From IMG/VR virus record IMGVR_UViG_3300032286_001377, positions 51,552 to 115,551 of that record: 64,000 nt of DNA; one strand, 5' to 3'. Position 1 is the stretch's first letter. The number at the start of each line of letters is the position of its first letter. The stretch is from a virus. Both the position numbers and the translations under genes were made by a program. Shown here one piece after another: positions 23,501 to 32,000 of the stretch. The notes under the pieces were generated by a model. The model ran no database searches. It worked only from the letters and a program-made list of their open reading frames with translations, and was not told where the DNA came from.

Positions 23501-26500
23501 AACTTTTTCTCTAATCCCGGCATTTTTGGCTGCTTCATCAGGATTTAATGGCTCATAAAGAACATTTCCAAAGTGTTTAATGCCAAACTTGTTTTCAGAA
23601 AAAATAGTTCCCCTAGTTGCATGAGCGAAAGCTTCTCTAGTTCTAGACGAACCCATAGACAGCAGTCTAACCATTAGATCTCTTGGCTCAGACATATACA
23701 TTCCAGTGTCTACGCCACCATCTATTTTTCCACTATCGCCTTTTTGCTTAGTTGAGTTAATCACGGCACCAAGTTCAATCGCATCAGATTGAGCTGTAAC
23801 TGTAACTATTTCTCCCTGCTCAACATTTGTAATAACACCATTAAATAATGTCTGCAGGGAGTTAGGATTAGCTCCGTATCCACCCCTTAAGTGAACTCGT
23901 ACTCCAGGCTTTAGTCTAATGTTAGCTATATCAACAATGTACTCATTTCTTAATCCAGATAAAACATTTCTGGACATATTAATAGCTCGCTCTACGATAC
24001 CTTGAAGCCCCTCAGATAAACTTAGTGAGTCAGTATTCATAGAATCGCCATCTGTAGAAAATATCGATGATGATTCTTTTTTTGTTAATTTAGAATAAAG
24101 ATTAGAAAGTCTAAATATTAAAGTGTCACCCAAAAGGTCTTCAGAAGATACTACAGAAAAATCTATAATAGATTGTAATCCATAGAAATTATCAAACATT
24201 TTAACGCCAGCAAAATATCCACCCTCATCAATAAGCCACAACATATAAGTAGGGAAAGCTCTAATCATTCTTCCAGATATATCCCTATATCTAGTATCTA
24301 CTAACATTGTCTCCCAATGAGTATATGCATTCTTGTTATGCGGTTTCTGATATCCTGACAAAGGAGTCACTCCACCAACTCCGGTAGTAGACTGTGTTGT
24401 GCCTTTATCTGGGGTTTGGGTATCTTCAATAAGATTAGCTTTAAGCTTATAACTAGATGTATTTGACCCACTGGTTACATTATCTCCAGCCAATGTTAAA
24501 TAGAATCTTCCAGTAGTCTTATCAATATATCCAAAATGAGTACCCAATGCTGTATGCATAATGGCGGGCATTCTGTTCGGTGATTCATTATTGGGATCAG
24601 AAGAAGGAATGATAAATATCTGCTTATGGAAATCTACCTCATCAGGATGAAAACTCACCTCATCCTCAACAGCAACCACTTGTTCGTTGCTATCATATAT
24701 TTGCTGATTATACTTACCTTCTAATGCGGCCTCTATTGAAGATAGCATCGCATAGTCATTAGGAGACACGTTTCCTACTTGATATGACGCAGGATTGACT
24801 TCCAGCATAAAAAAGGGATCATCCTCACCATTAGCTGGGTCTAAAGATATAAAATCAGTTAAAAGTTTTAGTTCAGTATCTTTATTGGCTTTACTTTCTT
24901 CTCTATTTATAATTTTATAAAAAATTCTAACAAAATCTTTTTTAGATATATTTTCAACTTTAAGATAATCAACCATCTGATCCAATAAATCAGCATTACT
25001 TCGAAGTGTGGCGGAATCGTTCGGATCTATATTATAAAGTCTTATAAAATCTAAAATTTTATTTGAGATTTGGCTTTCTTTTGCAGCCCTAGCAGGGCCG
25101 TCCATTCCATCCATTCCAGTCAAACTTGGATCTTCAAAATAATAATCTTGAATTTTTGGAGTCTGATCAGTAATGTTATTGATAACATCATTGTCAAACA
25201 TTTCAAAACTTCTAAAGTAGAAATCTGGATCTAGACATCCTACAGTTTCACCTACGTCATTTTTAATAAAAAGTGGAAAATCCGGATAAGCATTAAACGA
25301 TCCCCAGAGCTGCTTTATTCTTAAGAATGGATTCTTCTTAGTTCCAAATTCTTCAACCAATTGCGCCTGTTGTCTGCTACTTAATTCTTCTCTCTTTTGT
25401 TGGAAGATATCAAAATCTATCAAAGTAAGCTCAACATCATATATATGAGGAAAATTAGGCTTAGTGCTTACATTATAAGTGAGCGGCATTACATACTTAA
25501 TACCAGCTAAAGCTGTTATAATATTTTTAATCCCTAGAAATCCAATAACACCGGAGGCGTGTTCTAATCTAGCTAAGCCAGAGATGTGATCAAAAAGACT
25601 TCTAAATTTGATTAACTCTTTTTCGCCAACAACAGTCATTGATATATTTATAAAGCTATCTTTACCGCCAATATGCTGATAGGTTGGCTCATCTTGCATC
25701 TGGACTTGTAGCTTAACAAGATTATTTGCCAAAGAAACAGTAACACCATTAATAATTACTGCCTCTGGATCAAGATCCATTCTCACCATTGGAACTTCCC
25801 ACTCATTAAATTGGAAAGCCCCTGTTCGTGCTCTTGCAGCTTCCATTAGCGATTGAATTGGTCCACTCTGGAAGAATCTCTGATATATAGCTACATTAAA
25901 TGCGCGTGAAACTTCACCTTTGACCGTATCTCTATCTGGATATTTGCCATTTCTATAATATTGATCATTATATTGCTTATCTACTAGATAATTTAGATAC
26001 TCCTGAGGATTATTGGAAATAGCTTGGAAACCTCTTTTAATTGAATTTAAAGAAGTACTATCAATAAACTTTCCTTGAAAGCGATATAATTTTGTTTGCG
26101 GATACTGAGTTGTATCCGAATTTTTATTCTTTAACCACTCTTTTTCTTCATCAGTTAAAGTATTCTCTCCAATAAAATTAGCAATCAAGAAATCGTAAGA
26201 CTTATCTTCCATTGATTGAGAGTTAGATCCGGCGGTAATCATGTTTATTTCATCTAATATAATCTTATTAATAGATTTTGAATAAGAATTATTCAATGAA
26301 ATATCAATAGTTTCCGCCAATGAAATACCATAAGAAGCTGTTTGATTAATATCAATACCGATAGAATTCAGCAACCCCTCCCATGCAGACTGTCCAAGAT
26401 CGGTAAACATCTTTTCTTGCTCAGTTCTAAATGAAGAGGTACTAGGAAGAAATAGTTTAGTCTGAGATTCGGCGGGTGCAAATAAAGTTAGGTGATTGCC

Positions 26501-28588
26501 ATCTTTCCATTGATCAATAATATTTGTGGTAAGTGTTCCAGAAATTACATCATCTGAAGCATTAGTTGTTGGAGCAGGTGGCGGCGGAGGAATATAGGCA
26601 GTATCTCCAGGACCAAGCGCTCCCACAGGGCGATACTCAAAACCATTATAAACAACCTGATTAGAACTTAAATTGGCATCTTCGATAGTAGTTTGACCAG
26701 TTTGATCAATCTCCTTTACATCAGAAGTTTTTAATAAAAATTCTTCATTAACATATTGATTAAGCTGACCAGCTGCCTTACCCATATATTGTCTATATTT
26801 ACCCCAATGTATAGCCTGATTAAAATCAGATATCATCGGTAGAAATGGTTTGTGATTATAGTTAAGCAATTCTAGATCTACTGAAAGTGCAAAAGGGAAA
26901 TTTGGTATAGTTGAAATAGTCATATTGGCTAAACCGACTGCTGTAATACCATGCACCGAGTTAAGATAATGGCTCTTTACCGGAAGAATTGGCGAATATT
27001 TAAAGGCTGCAATGAGACCTCTTAAAGATGATAAAAATTTATCAACTTTTTCTTCTGAATCGCCATTCATTTTAAAATCAATTTTGAATTCTTCATTTAA
27101 TTTCAACGTAGCTGCATTATCTATTGATATTCCCCAAATCTCTTCGTAGTTAGGGAAAAATAATCTCATTCTAATTGTAGTTTCACGATATCCAGAATTA
27201 AACTTTGGACTATTCTTTTGACGAATAGCTCCAGGCATCATCGATCCAGCTTTAAAAGATGAGTTTACATCTATGGATACTGGAGGAACATAGAAATTAG
27301 CGGCTCCTAATCTTAGATGAAATATATCCGGATTTTCTGGAGAAATATTTGGTCTAAAAGGAGACTTTCTAAGAACTTCTTCTATTCTTTTTGATGTCTG
27401 CATACCTCTAAAAGCCAAGGTAAAAGAAGCTTTTCCATCGGCACCAACGCCGAATGCCCTTTCTAAAGAATCAAGAAAAGCTTCCTCATTATTAACTATA
27501 TCCTCCTGTCCACCACCTTTTCCATAATTTGAATAATCTCCAACTAAAGCTAGCGCATCAAAAATAAAAGTAACTAAACTTGGAAAATAATAATTTAGAT
27601 TGGCAAAGAAGATAGAATCTCTTTTTAAAAAAGTTATAATTTCATTAAGCAGTAAAAGCCATGGTGTGTCAGCAGTTTCTGAAATTGAATCAGCTGCAGA
27701 TTTTTTTATAGTAGCAAGATTTGCTGTTCGCCTTTTTCCATAACTAGCAATATCTGCTGCATACCCGGCGAGCGTTAATATTCCTATTTCTTCCATTTTC
27801 TGAAAAAGAGAATTTGTAGAAGCATTGCTTAATCCACCCGCTTCGGCAGGATTGATTACTGCTGCATTAACTTTTTGAAATACTCTGAAAAAAGAATTAG
27901 TCTGAGCTGCTGTGGGATCTCCATTAGGGAATGCTGTTGCATAAATATCATAAAAGTAACTTCTATCTACTGAATCATATTTAGAACCAAATGATTTTGC
28001 ATAGAAGGCGAGAACATTTGCTTCACCGACAATACTAGGAGTAAGATCAACCGAACTAGTTACTGGATTCTCAGATTGAGCAACTACTTCTTGAGTAATA
28101 AGTTCATCTATATTGAATTCAACGAATTTACTACCGAGATAGTAGTCTCTCCAAATTTTCAACCGCAAAGATGCTCTAACGCCATACACTCCAATTGATG
28201 CACTATCGGTGAAGATATAGCGATTGTTATAAAAGTCAGACCTTACTTCAGCTAAGGTAGATGGAGTAATGTTTCTATTATAAGAAGTCTTTACTTTTGA
28301 AATATAAGCAGAAATTATAGCTGGAGATATAATTGGATCACTAACAAATACTGATAAGCAGGCGTTAATAGCATCTACTGCGAACGCATCATTTTCATCG
28401 AGCTGAATAACCTCACTCCCGGTAAACCCATAAAGATCGGGGATATCAGAGGTACCATTAATGAATGATAAAAGATCAGATTCCTTATATGGAACATCCA
28501 GCATATAGAGCGCGAATACTTTATTATACAGAATATCCGCGCTGACAAAGTTAACTAGGAAACCTTTTGTAGTGTTATTTATCGACAT
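17564..28588 (-). CDS. Giant baseplate hub protein (gp27/GpD-like), 3674 aa, with C-terminal thermonuclease-like domain
   Basis: LKPGVRVHLRGGYG...LFNGVIT and GELLVIGNGDIRPHDLVYL...GIFEVEQVIHHF..GFITSI are hub motifs. VLDGDTI...RVRFDGINAAE is an SNase motif. It precedes the hydrolase and spike genes. Confidence 0.72.
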   Translation of the reverse strand: MSINNTTKGFLVNFVSADILYNKVFALYMLDVPYKESDLLSFINGTSDIPDLYGFTGSEVIQLDENDAFAVDAINACLSVFVSDPIISPAIISAYISKVKTSYNRNITPSTLAEVRSDFYNNRYIFTDSASIGVYGVRASLRLKIWRDYYLGSKFVEFNIDELITQEVVAQSENPVTSSVDLTPSIVGEANVLAFYAKSFGSKYDSVDRSYFYDIYATAFPNGDPTAAQTNSFFRVFQKVNAAVINPAEAGGLSNASTNSLFQKMEEIGILTLAGYAADIASYGKRRTANLATIKKSAADSISETADTPWLLLLNEIITFLKRDSIFFANLNYYFPSLVTFIFDALALVGDYSNYGKGGGQEDIVNNEEAFLDSLERAFGVGADGKASFTLAFRGMQTSKRIEEVLRKSPFRPNISPENPDIFHLRLGAANFYVPPVSIDVNSSFKAGSMMPGAIRQKNSPKFNSGYRETTIRMRLFFPNYEEIWGISIDNAATLKLNEEFKIDFKMNGDSEEKVDKFLSSLRGLIAAFKYSPILPVKSHYLNSVHGITAVGLANMTISTIPNFPFALSVDLELLNYNHKPFLPMISDFNQAIHWGKYRQYMGKAAGQLNQYVNEEFLLKTSDVKEIDQTGQTTIEDANLSSNQVVYNGFEYRPVGALGPGDTAYIPPPPPAPTTNASDDVISGTLTTNIIDQWKDGNHLTLFAPAESQTKLFLPSTSSFRTEQEKMFTDLGQSAWEGLLNSIGIDINQTASYGISLAETIDISLNNSYSKSINKIILDEINMITAGSNSQSMEDKSYDFLIANFIGENTLTDEEKEWLKNKNSDTTQYPQTKLYRFQGKFIDSTSLNSIKRGFQAISNNPQEYLNYLVDKQYNDQYYRNGKYPDRDTVKGEVSRAFNVAIYQRFFQSGPIQSLMEAARARTGAFQFNEWEVPMVRMDLDPEAVIINGVTVSLANNLVKLQVQMQDEPTYQHIGGKDSFINISMTVVGEKELIKFRSLFDHISGLARLEHASGVIGFLGIKNIITALAGIKYVMPLTYNVSTKPNFPHIYDVELTLIDFDIFQQKREELSSRQQAQLVEEFGTKKNPFLRIKQLWGSFNAYPDFPLFIKNDVGETVGCLDPDFYFRSFEMFDNDVINNITDQTPKIQDYYFEDPSLTGMDGMDGPARAAKESQISNKILDFIRLYNIDPNDSATLRSNADLLDQMVDYLKVENISKKDFVRIFYKIINREESKANKDTELKLLTDFISLDPANGEDDPFFMLEVNPASYQVGNVSPNDYAMLSSIEAALEGKYNQQIYDSNEQVVAVEDEVSFHPDEVDFHKQIFIIPSSDPNNESPNRMPAIMHTALGTHFGYIDKTTGRFYLTLAGDNVTSGSNTSSYKLKANLIEDTQTPDKGTTQSTTGVGGVTPLSGYQKPHNKNAYTHWETMLVDTRYRDISGRMIRAFPTYMLWLIDEGGYFAGVKMFDNFYGLQSIIDFSVVSSEDLLGDTLIFRLSNLYSKLTKKESSSIFSTDGDSMNTDSLSLSEGLQGIVERAINMSRNVLSGLRNEYIVDIANIRLKPGVRVHLRGGYGANPNSLQTLFNGVITNVEQGEIVTVTAQSDAIELGAVINSTKQKGDSGKIDGGVDTGMYMSEPRDLMVRLLSMGSSRTREAFAHATRGTIFSENKFGIKHFGNVLYEPLNPDEAAKNAGIREKVGAAFTYIGGGQSVPEGFSSNLRGGIVPLIGQLWANFSAQTDLEIFKRNIYAGNGLGIAQFMGGDIDDGWSTASSLVPEESYNDRTEGYLGRLTDITYNKLMEKYQQNDSSAKETIENLTASNKLIQAQGRSGLVQGAIGIGMTGITAALAGPAAGALAGLGLLGVLSGRGGTSIFKTMGILAPNADDDLPGFDEVSFRAQTYMRTVWDMFQICARLLPNYIVAVRPFEDRSTVFYGKPHWLYTSGVVPVTTGFSGEKKAREDGTSSGPRPLGPDEVLNTILETINKDSNPLADYAKFFQSFEPNESFQTVSKAITESTGIYSPTKFFTGRLINFYSPQAYQYFDLESGAKISARLPVSKGMVGIGPHLPIITRDMKASNSEAFFTESTMESQKTLHKQIGNLPPRYGFPFFTVTEKYKLENSSTVKMRQGWVVLQEGVNANTYHGLDDVINLELDFYAKTKFSLMPSVGGDIEGTVNFDSPLDFSPLYDQIEGIIQIEDQKIIMPLPQIGLTSEGGLSGNISIQQINDDPDSFSFEYQKDNYGELTYREWGAPETPEDEQFYIAMKWPYNPSGEADDATLSKFKSEYGFTNLYGTAEDYKKRKVLVYNPNNGRAVVCKPAYFMWGKENLTSDIQAVIPNSDANYIDGNELSALVSPDAAFYLSVITYTSAEAKRLLEKSDSTLDALNFPMLQADEATFNVNGFNRIKFFAELDSGYRTAPIPQECMFSFVPDDIPVGVISTTVLPINKFKLQNAATEDQLDTVAESESMYIVGFGNFKINEGQDYIAREIGSEAIDVVNAIGKSNSVFDWYAPYNSEFQSAIDALAFGGNALNVKDGKSYFQLAIDKDTASLTSEELKKRREAEDVRTSFSAVYDPSDIVSIQARSYFDENFDTSVSVIAGNGRTNREAQDIWDYFRAEYHNYESVKRIFFDVYGLDPDLEEEFPPEFSNMISGQDVNDPFKYFGAGNNSAQDEFAILFGSDYGGGGGSSSSNPSKDYSEAIEFMRKNYIDAPLDEGGLLSYFNNIFSKNLAKIYESFFAGESVLSVLHFSIEASNKDDNAVIDVSDILKKNIKTPKQLFLLMVGLFRQRLWEDPYARAWLVLKPDKKAGWFSADDGWSFKPVDKVFRAYIDPNSDYAKPSKKAKFLQLLVSTRGEGNSSNTYFSEVVSDVSEFASRTIGPIVSAVGDALSGLISMFKTTMQQLGYALSEVGNFKKQANILNKALNDSIYYSLGRPGTLLRAVDNPFTREYGEPVVEIREPFQRIHYISSFSHILSNQIQENLNNVATQITAVSDGKYPVTVALDKGAPAERQVEKTVETGLYFDNIVGSGFTGFLHPLMHPMETFRGVAKAIQGAPDELSARRVALSHLKESIKDIYGGELLVIGNGDIRPHDLVYLSDVYERMYGIFEVEQVIHHFTPELGFITSITPNALVTVNDPARWFMTSWMQSWMHVQNVRNDARIYIDNIRNANSGLSFGGNISVDRLGEILTTQIVGGFQFTHGSSALVKDIMANQTAMIAPGVNSSLLNAAGQEEGGGVPTFAIMAQVLPGIGQLVWKGWKWVRDNVLDQHGCYVQYLNKNGQPMDAGLSYNQGMVVGQHHSKALLPGILGTRVKARTPEGNSFIRSDDLFKSLGWNEVAINDIYRHISYESALVHAQVLKLSGLGPEKAGFEWQFRVICQVNSVLDGDTIDVTDIISGVNFRVRFDGINAAETNTIQGTVDYPSSTNPTNLSFLDISTPGGKAKVFVKKALENKLIVLRINQTRTEGSNAIGGKAVLEQDFEAGSQLNTIQNYQLDIFGSGDRENEGDVTGSRVMATIFYYLPQEKIDNILSYVANLFRSNLTALESIKDKLKNDIYDKSAFFTKFDSIFESVESIINDEYFNIQNDADSLYLLTDDQRKLYSRFVYFKVLEEIYDKASEWPRVSWDEYFPDGHPVTLNWELVVNNLAKVFVKDLQKESSSVIDANDSLPMPTSVSN

Positions 28589-28596
28589 TAGTTACC

Positions 28597-29037
28597 TTAA
28601 AATAATGAGTTATTTCTAATAATGTTAGATAATCTATCACTAGAGGAATTTTCAGAAGTAATAGAACTGTAATTATTCATTATACTATATTTGTTATTTG
28701 AAGTAAATGATTTATTAGAAAAAGAATGACTATTATTTGAAATATGTTTATCACTAAATCTAGCTATCTGATTTTTCTTTGAATCATATCCAACATTCTT
28801 AAACTGCAAAATAGTACTTGAACTGGCATGATAGCCTTCTAATGATCCTCTAGGAACTTTTTTTGTTTGCTTAGATGCTTGACCGCGAGATTCAGCTAAA
28901 ACTTGCTTATTCGTCATCTTGGATGAAGAGATTTTCGCAGAATACTTTTGAGAATCAGCGTTACGAGAAGATGTATCTTTTGGTGTTTTACCGGCTTCGC
29001 TTAAAGATTTATTCTGATCAACAATATTACCAATCAT
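28597..29037 (-). CDS. Small basic Ser/Lys/Asn-rich hypothetical protein
   Basis: Fills the gap between two large genes in the same orientation with tight spacing. No recognisable motif. Confidence 0.65.
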   Translation of the reverse strand: MIGNIVDQNKSLSEAGKTPKDTSSRNADSQKYSAKISSSKMTNKQVLAESRGQASKQTKKVPRGSLEGYHASSSTILQFKNVGYDSKKNQIARFSDKHISNNSHSFSNKSFTSNNKYSIMNNYSSITSENSSSDRLSNIIRNNSLF

Positions 29038-29049
29038 CTAATTCCAATC

Positions 29050-32000
29050 TCAATAAGACGACGCCAAAGAACCATAAGGATTACGGCCAACATCAGCAAT
29101 CCTGTTATACATAGTAGTGGAAATATTACCGTTAACGAGTCCACCAGCTTGTTTGTTAAATTCTGAAACTGATTTCCTATCACCATATAAAGATACATTA
29201 TAATTTATACCAGGATTATACCCACCCATATCTGGAGATCCAAGATTCGGGATCCTAGTTGGCATCCCACCTTCATAGGCTGAACCTCCAGGCAATAACG
29301 GTGGACCAGACATGTCATCATGAGTCCTATTCTTATAGGCCTTATATGCAAAGCTACCAACTATTAAAGCTGACATGCCAATAAGTCCTTTCTTCATTCC
29401 AGGACTACTAATTAAATCAAAATATTTGCCACCTTCTTGAATATCCTTAAGGGCAAATCTTTTATATTTTGCGGGAGTAAACATAGTTGGAACTGCGGAC
29501 TCCCCTATGCCAACAGATTCAATCATTTCTTTTTCAATACGAGCAAGATCTGGAGCACCGACTGTTTGCGCTAAGTCTGAAATAGTCCCTTGCGCATCAA
29601 GCCTCTGAGATACACTAGCTAAATCTTCCGCTACATCAGAAAAAGGAGATTTGATCCCTTCTGCAGAAAGTCTTTCGTATTCAAGCCTAGCTCTTACAAC
29701 ATCCGCTTGCTGAACAGCTTGTTGACGGGCGGCATTATCAGTTATCTCAGAACTTCTTTCCGAAAGAGCCTTCAATGTATTTGACTGAAGATCCGTCAAA
29801 GTAGTACCAGAACCTGGAGCTATCAATGCGTCAGCAACATCTTTAAGATTGTCAGCTTTAAGTTTATTAGCTGGACCGTGACCCATAATTGACAAAACAC
29901 TTTGTGCATTGGCTTGATCCAAACTACGAAGATGATCCAATCTTCGCAACTGCCTATTTGCCATAATATCAAAATGTGTCGCAGCCGCCGTATCACTCAT
30001 GGAATCAACGCCTACTGCTTCTGCGACAAACCTTAACGCACCAATATCAAAACCGGCCTCTGCACCAAGTTTATCCAAAGCGTTAAAAAGACCTTTCTTT
30101 TCAACACCTGAAACCTGAGAAGCTGCATGGATATCACCAAGAACATTTTCTCCAATCTGATTTATCTTAGCAGTCCAGTTATACAACTCTAAAGCCGAAC
30201 CCTCCTTCAGAACCTTAGATGTCATTGCTGAAACGGTAGCTAGATCTTGTCCGTGCTTCTGAACAATATACCTAGCTAAAGAATCTTCTGCCACAGATGA
30301 CTGGGCTAATGCAAGCACTGGATTAGATTTTAGGCCAGTAAGCCCCTTTTTTCTTATAGTATCTAAATATACATCAGTCTGCCTTGCCAGATAATCTAGT
30401 TTAGATAAACTAGCAAAAGCGTGATCTCTAGAGAGAGCAACATTTTTCATTAAAACATCTTCTATTTGTTTATCATCTCCAACTAAAGCCTTTTTGTACT
30501 GCTGCAACTCTGCTTCAATATCGGCCCTAGCTGCTACAGCTTGAAAAGCGCCAGAAGAAGTGCCTTGCATAGCATCTTCCATTCCGGCAATAATATCTTC
30601 CAAAAGCCGTTGTCTATCTCCAGCGTTCATTTTATTCTTAAGAAGAAATTCGTCAATCCCGGCAATGGTGTTCTGATTTGTGGAACCAATAGCTCTAGTA
30701 AAGCCAATTCTCCTTCCAAGAGAAGAGATTGCAGCTTCGCCAATCGTATTCAAACTCACGGCAGATTTTGTGCCAGCTGTTTTATATAAATCAAGAATCG
30801 CCTTACTAACTTTAGTTTCATCCAAAACTCCCATATTGTTAGTAAGATATTGTTGAACTCCAAGATTGACAGTTTTAGAAGTAGACAAGTTAACTGTTAA
30901 GTCAATGCCTTCTTCCTGAGCAATCAGACCTGCACTATAATTTATATTCTCTGGATTTAAAAGATAGTCACGCACAGATTGGCTAGCATTCTCCAGAAAG
31001 GCAGAATACTGATCCAGTGTTGACCCAACAATCCCAGATCTATTAACATACATTCCAAGGTTGCCGGAATTTTGTTCTATTTTTTTCAAAGTCATTTTAT
31101 CTAACGCCGAAGCAATCAATGCGCTAGATTCTCTACTGTCGGAATGATTCGCCAAGACCTCTAGCATAGAGTTGAAATCAGTAGCGGAACTAAGGCTTGA
31201 TCTTAATTCATTGCTGATATTAGGTGATGCAAGTAAGCTTTGAATATCTTCTGACATATCAAACTTCGCACCAGACTCTAAAAATGCCTTATATACACCT
31301 CTTTGAGTATACTCTGGTATAATTTTTTTTCCAGATTTATCAACCAAATCTGTTAACATCAAAGTAGAACTACCCGACTCAGCGAACCTGGCCATTCCTT
31401 CTCTAGTTAAAGTGTATGAATTTCCAACTCTTTCAGATACTGCCACAATAGCTGACTCAATTTCATCTGGATTTTTTATTCGGAGAGTTCTATTTCCTTT
31501 TGTTGGAGTGAATTCTATAACATCTTGCAACTGTGCGAATTTTGCTGCATCAGCGCCAGTAATATTATTTTGAGCATTTTCTTGCATGATGGCTGCTAAT
31601 GCATTTTTAAACCTATCATTACCAAACATACTTTTGATTGATTCTTGGTCCATATTCATTCTCATAAAAATAAATTCTTCTGGACCTGATGGTTGACGGA
31701 AAGATAGAAATCCAAGTCTTTTCATTCCAGCGCTATCTTCAAATGTAACAGTTCTTGCTATACCTTTATCGTCTAGGTCGAATCCACCAAGAGAGTGATG
31801 GAATTGACCAACAGCTATATTAGGAATAAACATTGTATGACCTTTAATTCTAAACTTTAGAGCATCTGTGGACATCCTGTTTCCGCCACTTCCAAATAAA
31901 TCTAAAGTCTCAAAACCATATGAACCATTTCTGCTATTTCCTAAAAGATACCCTGCATCCGTGGTGCCCATCAGTCCTCTTTCGGTATTGATGGCAAACC

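Noticed and set aside
31681-31790. Canonical multisubunit RNAP beta-prime (rpoC) call for the 1661-aa protein
   Set aside because: No NADFDGD, the motif order differs and no separate beta subunit is present; only a divergent single-chain polymerase hypothesis is supportable.
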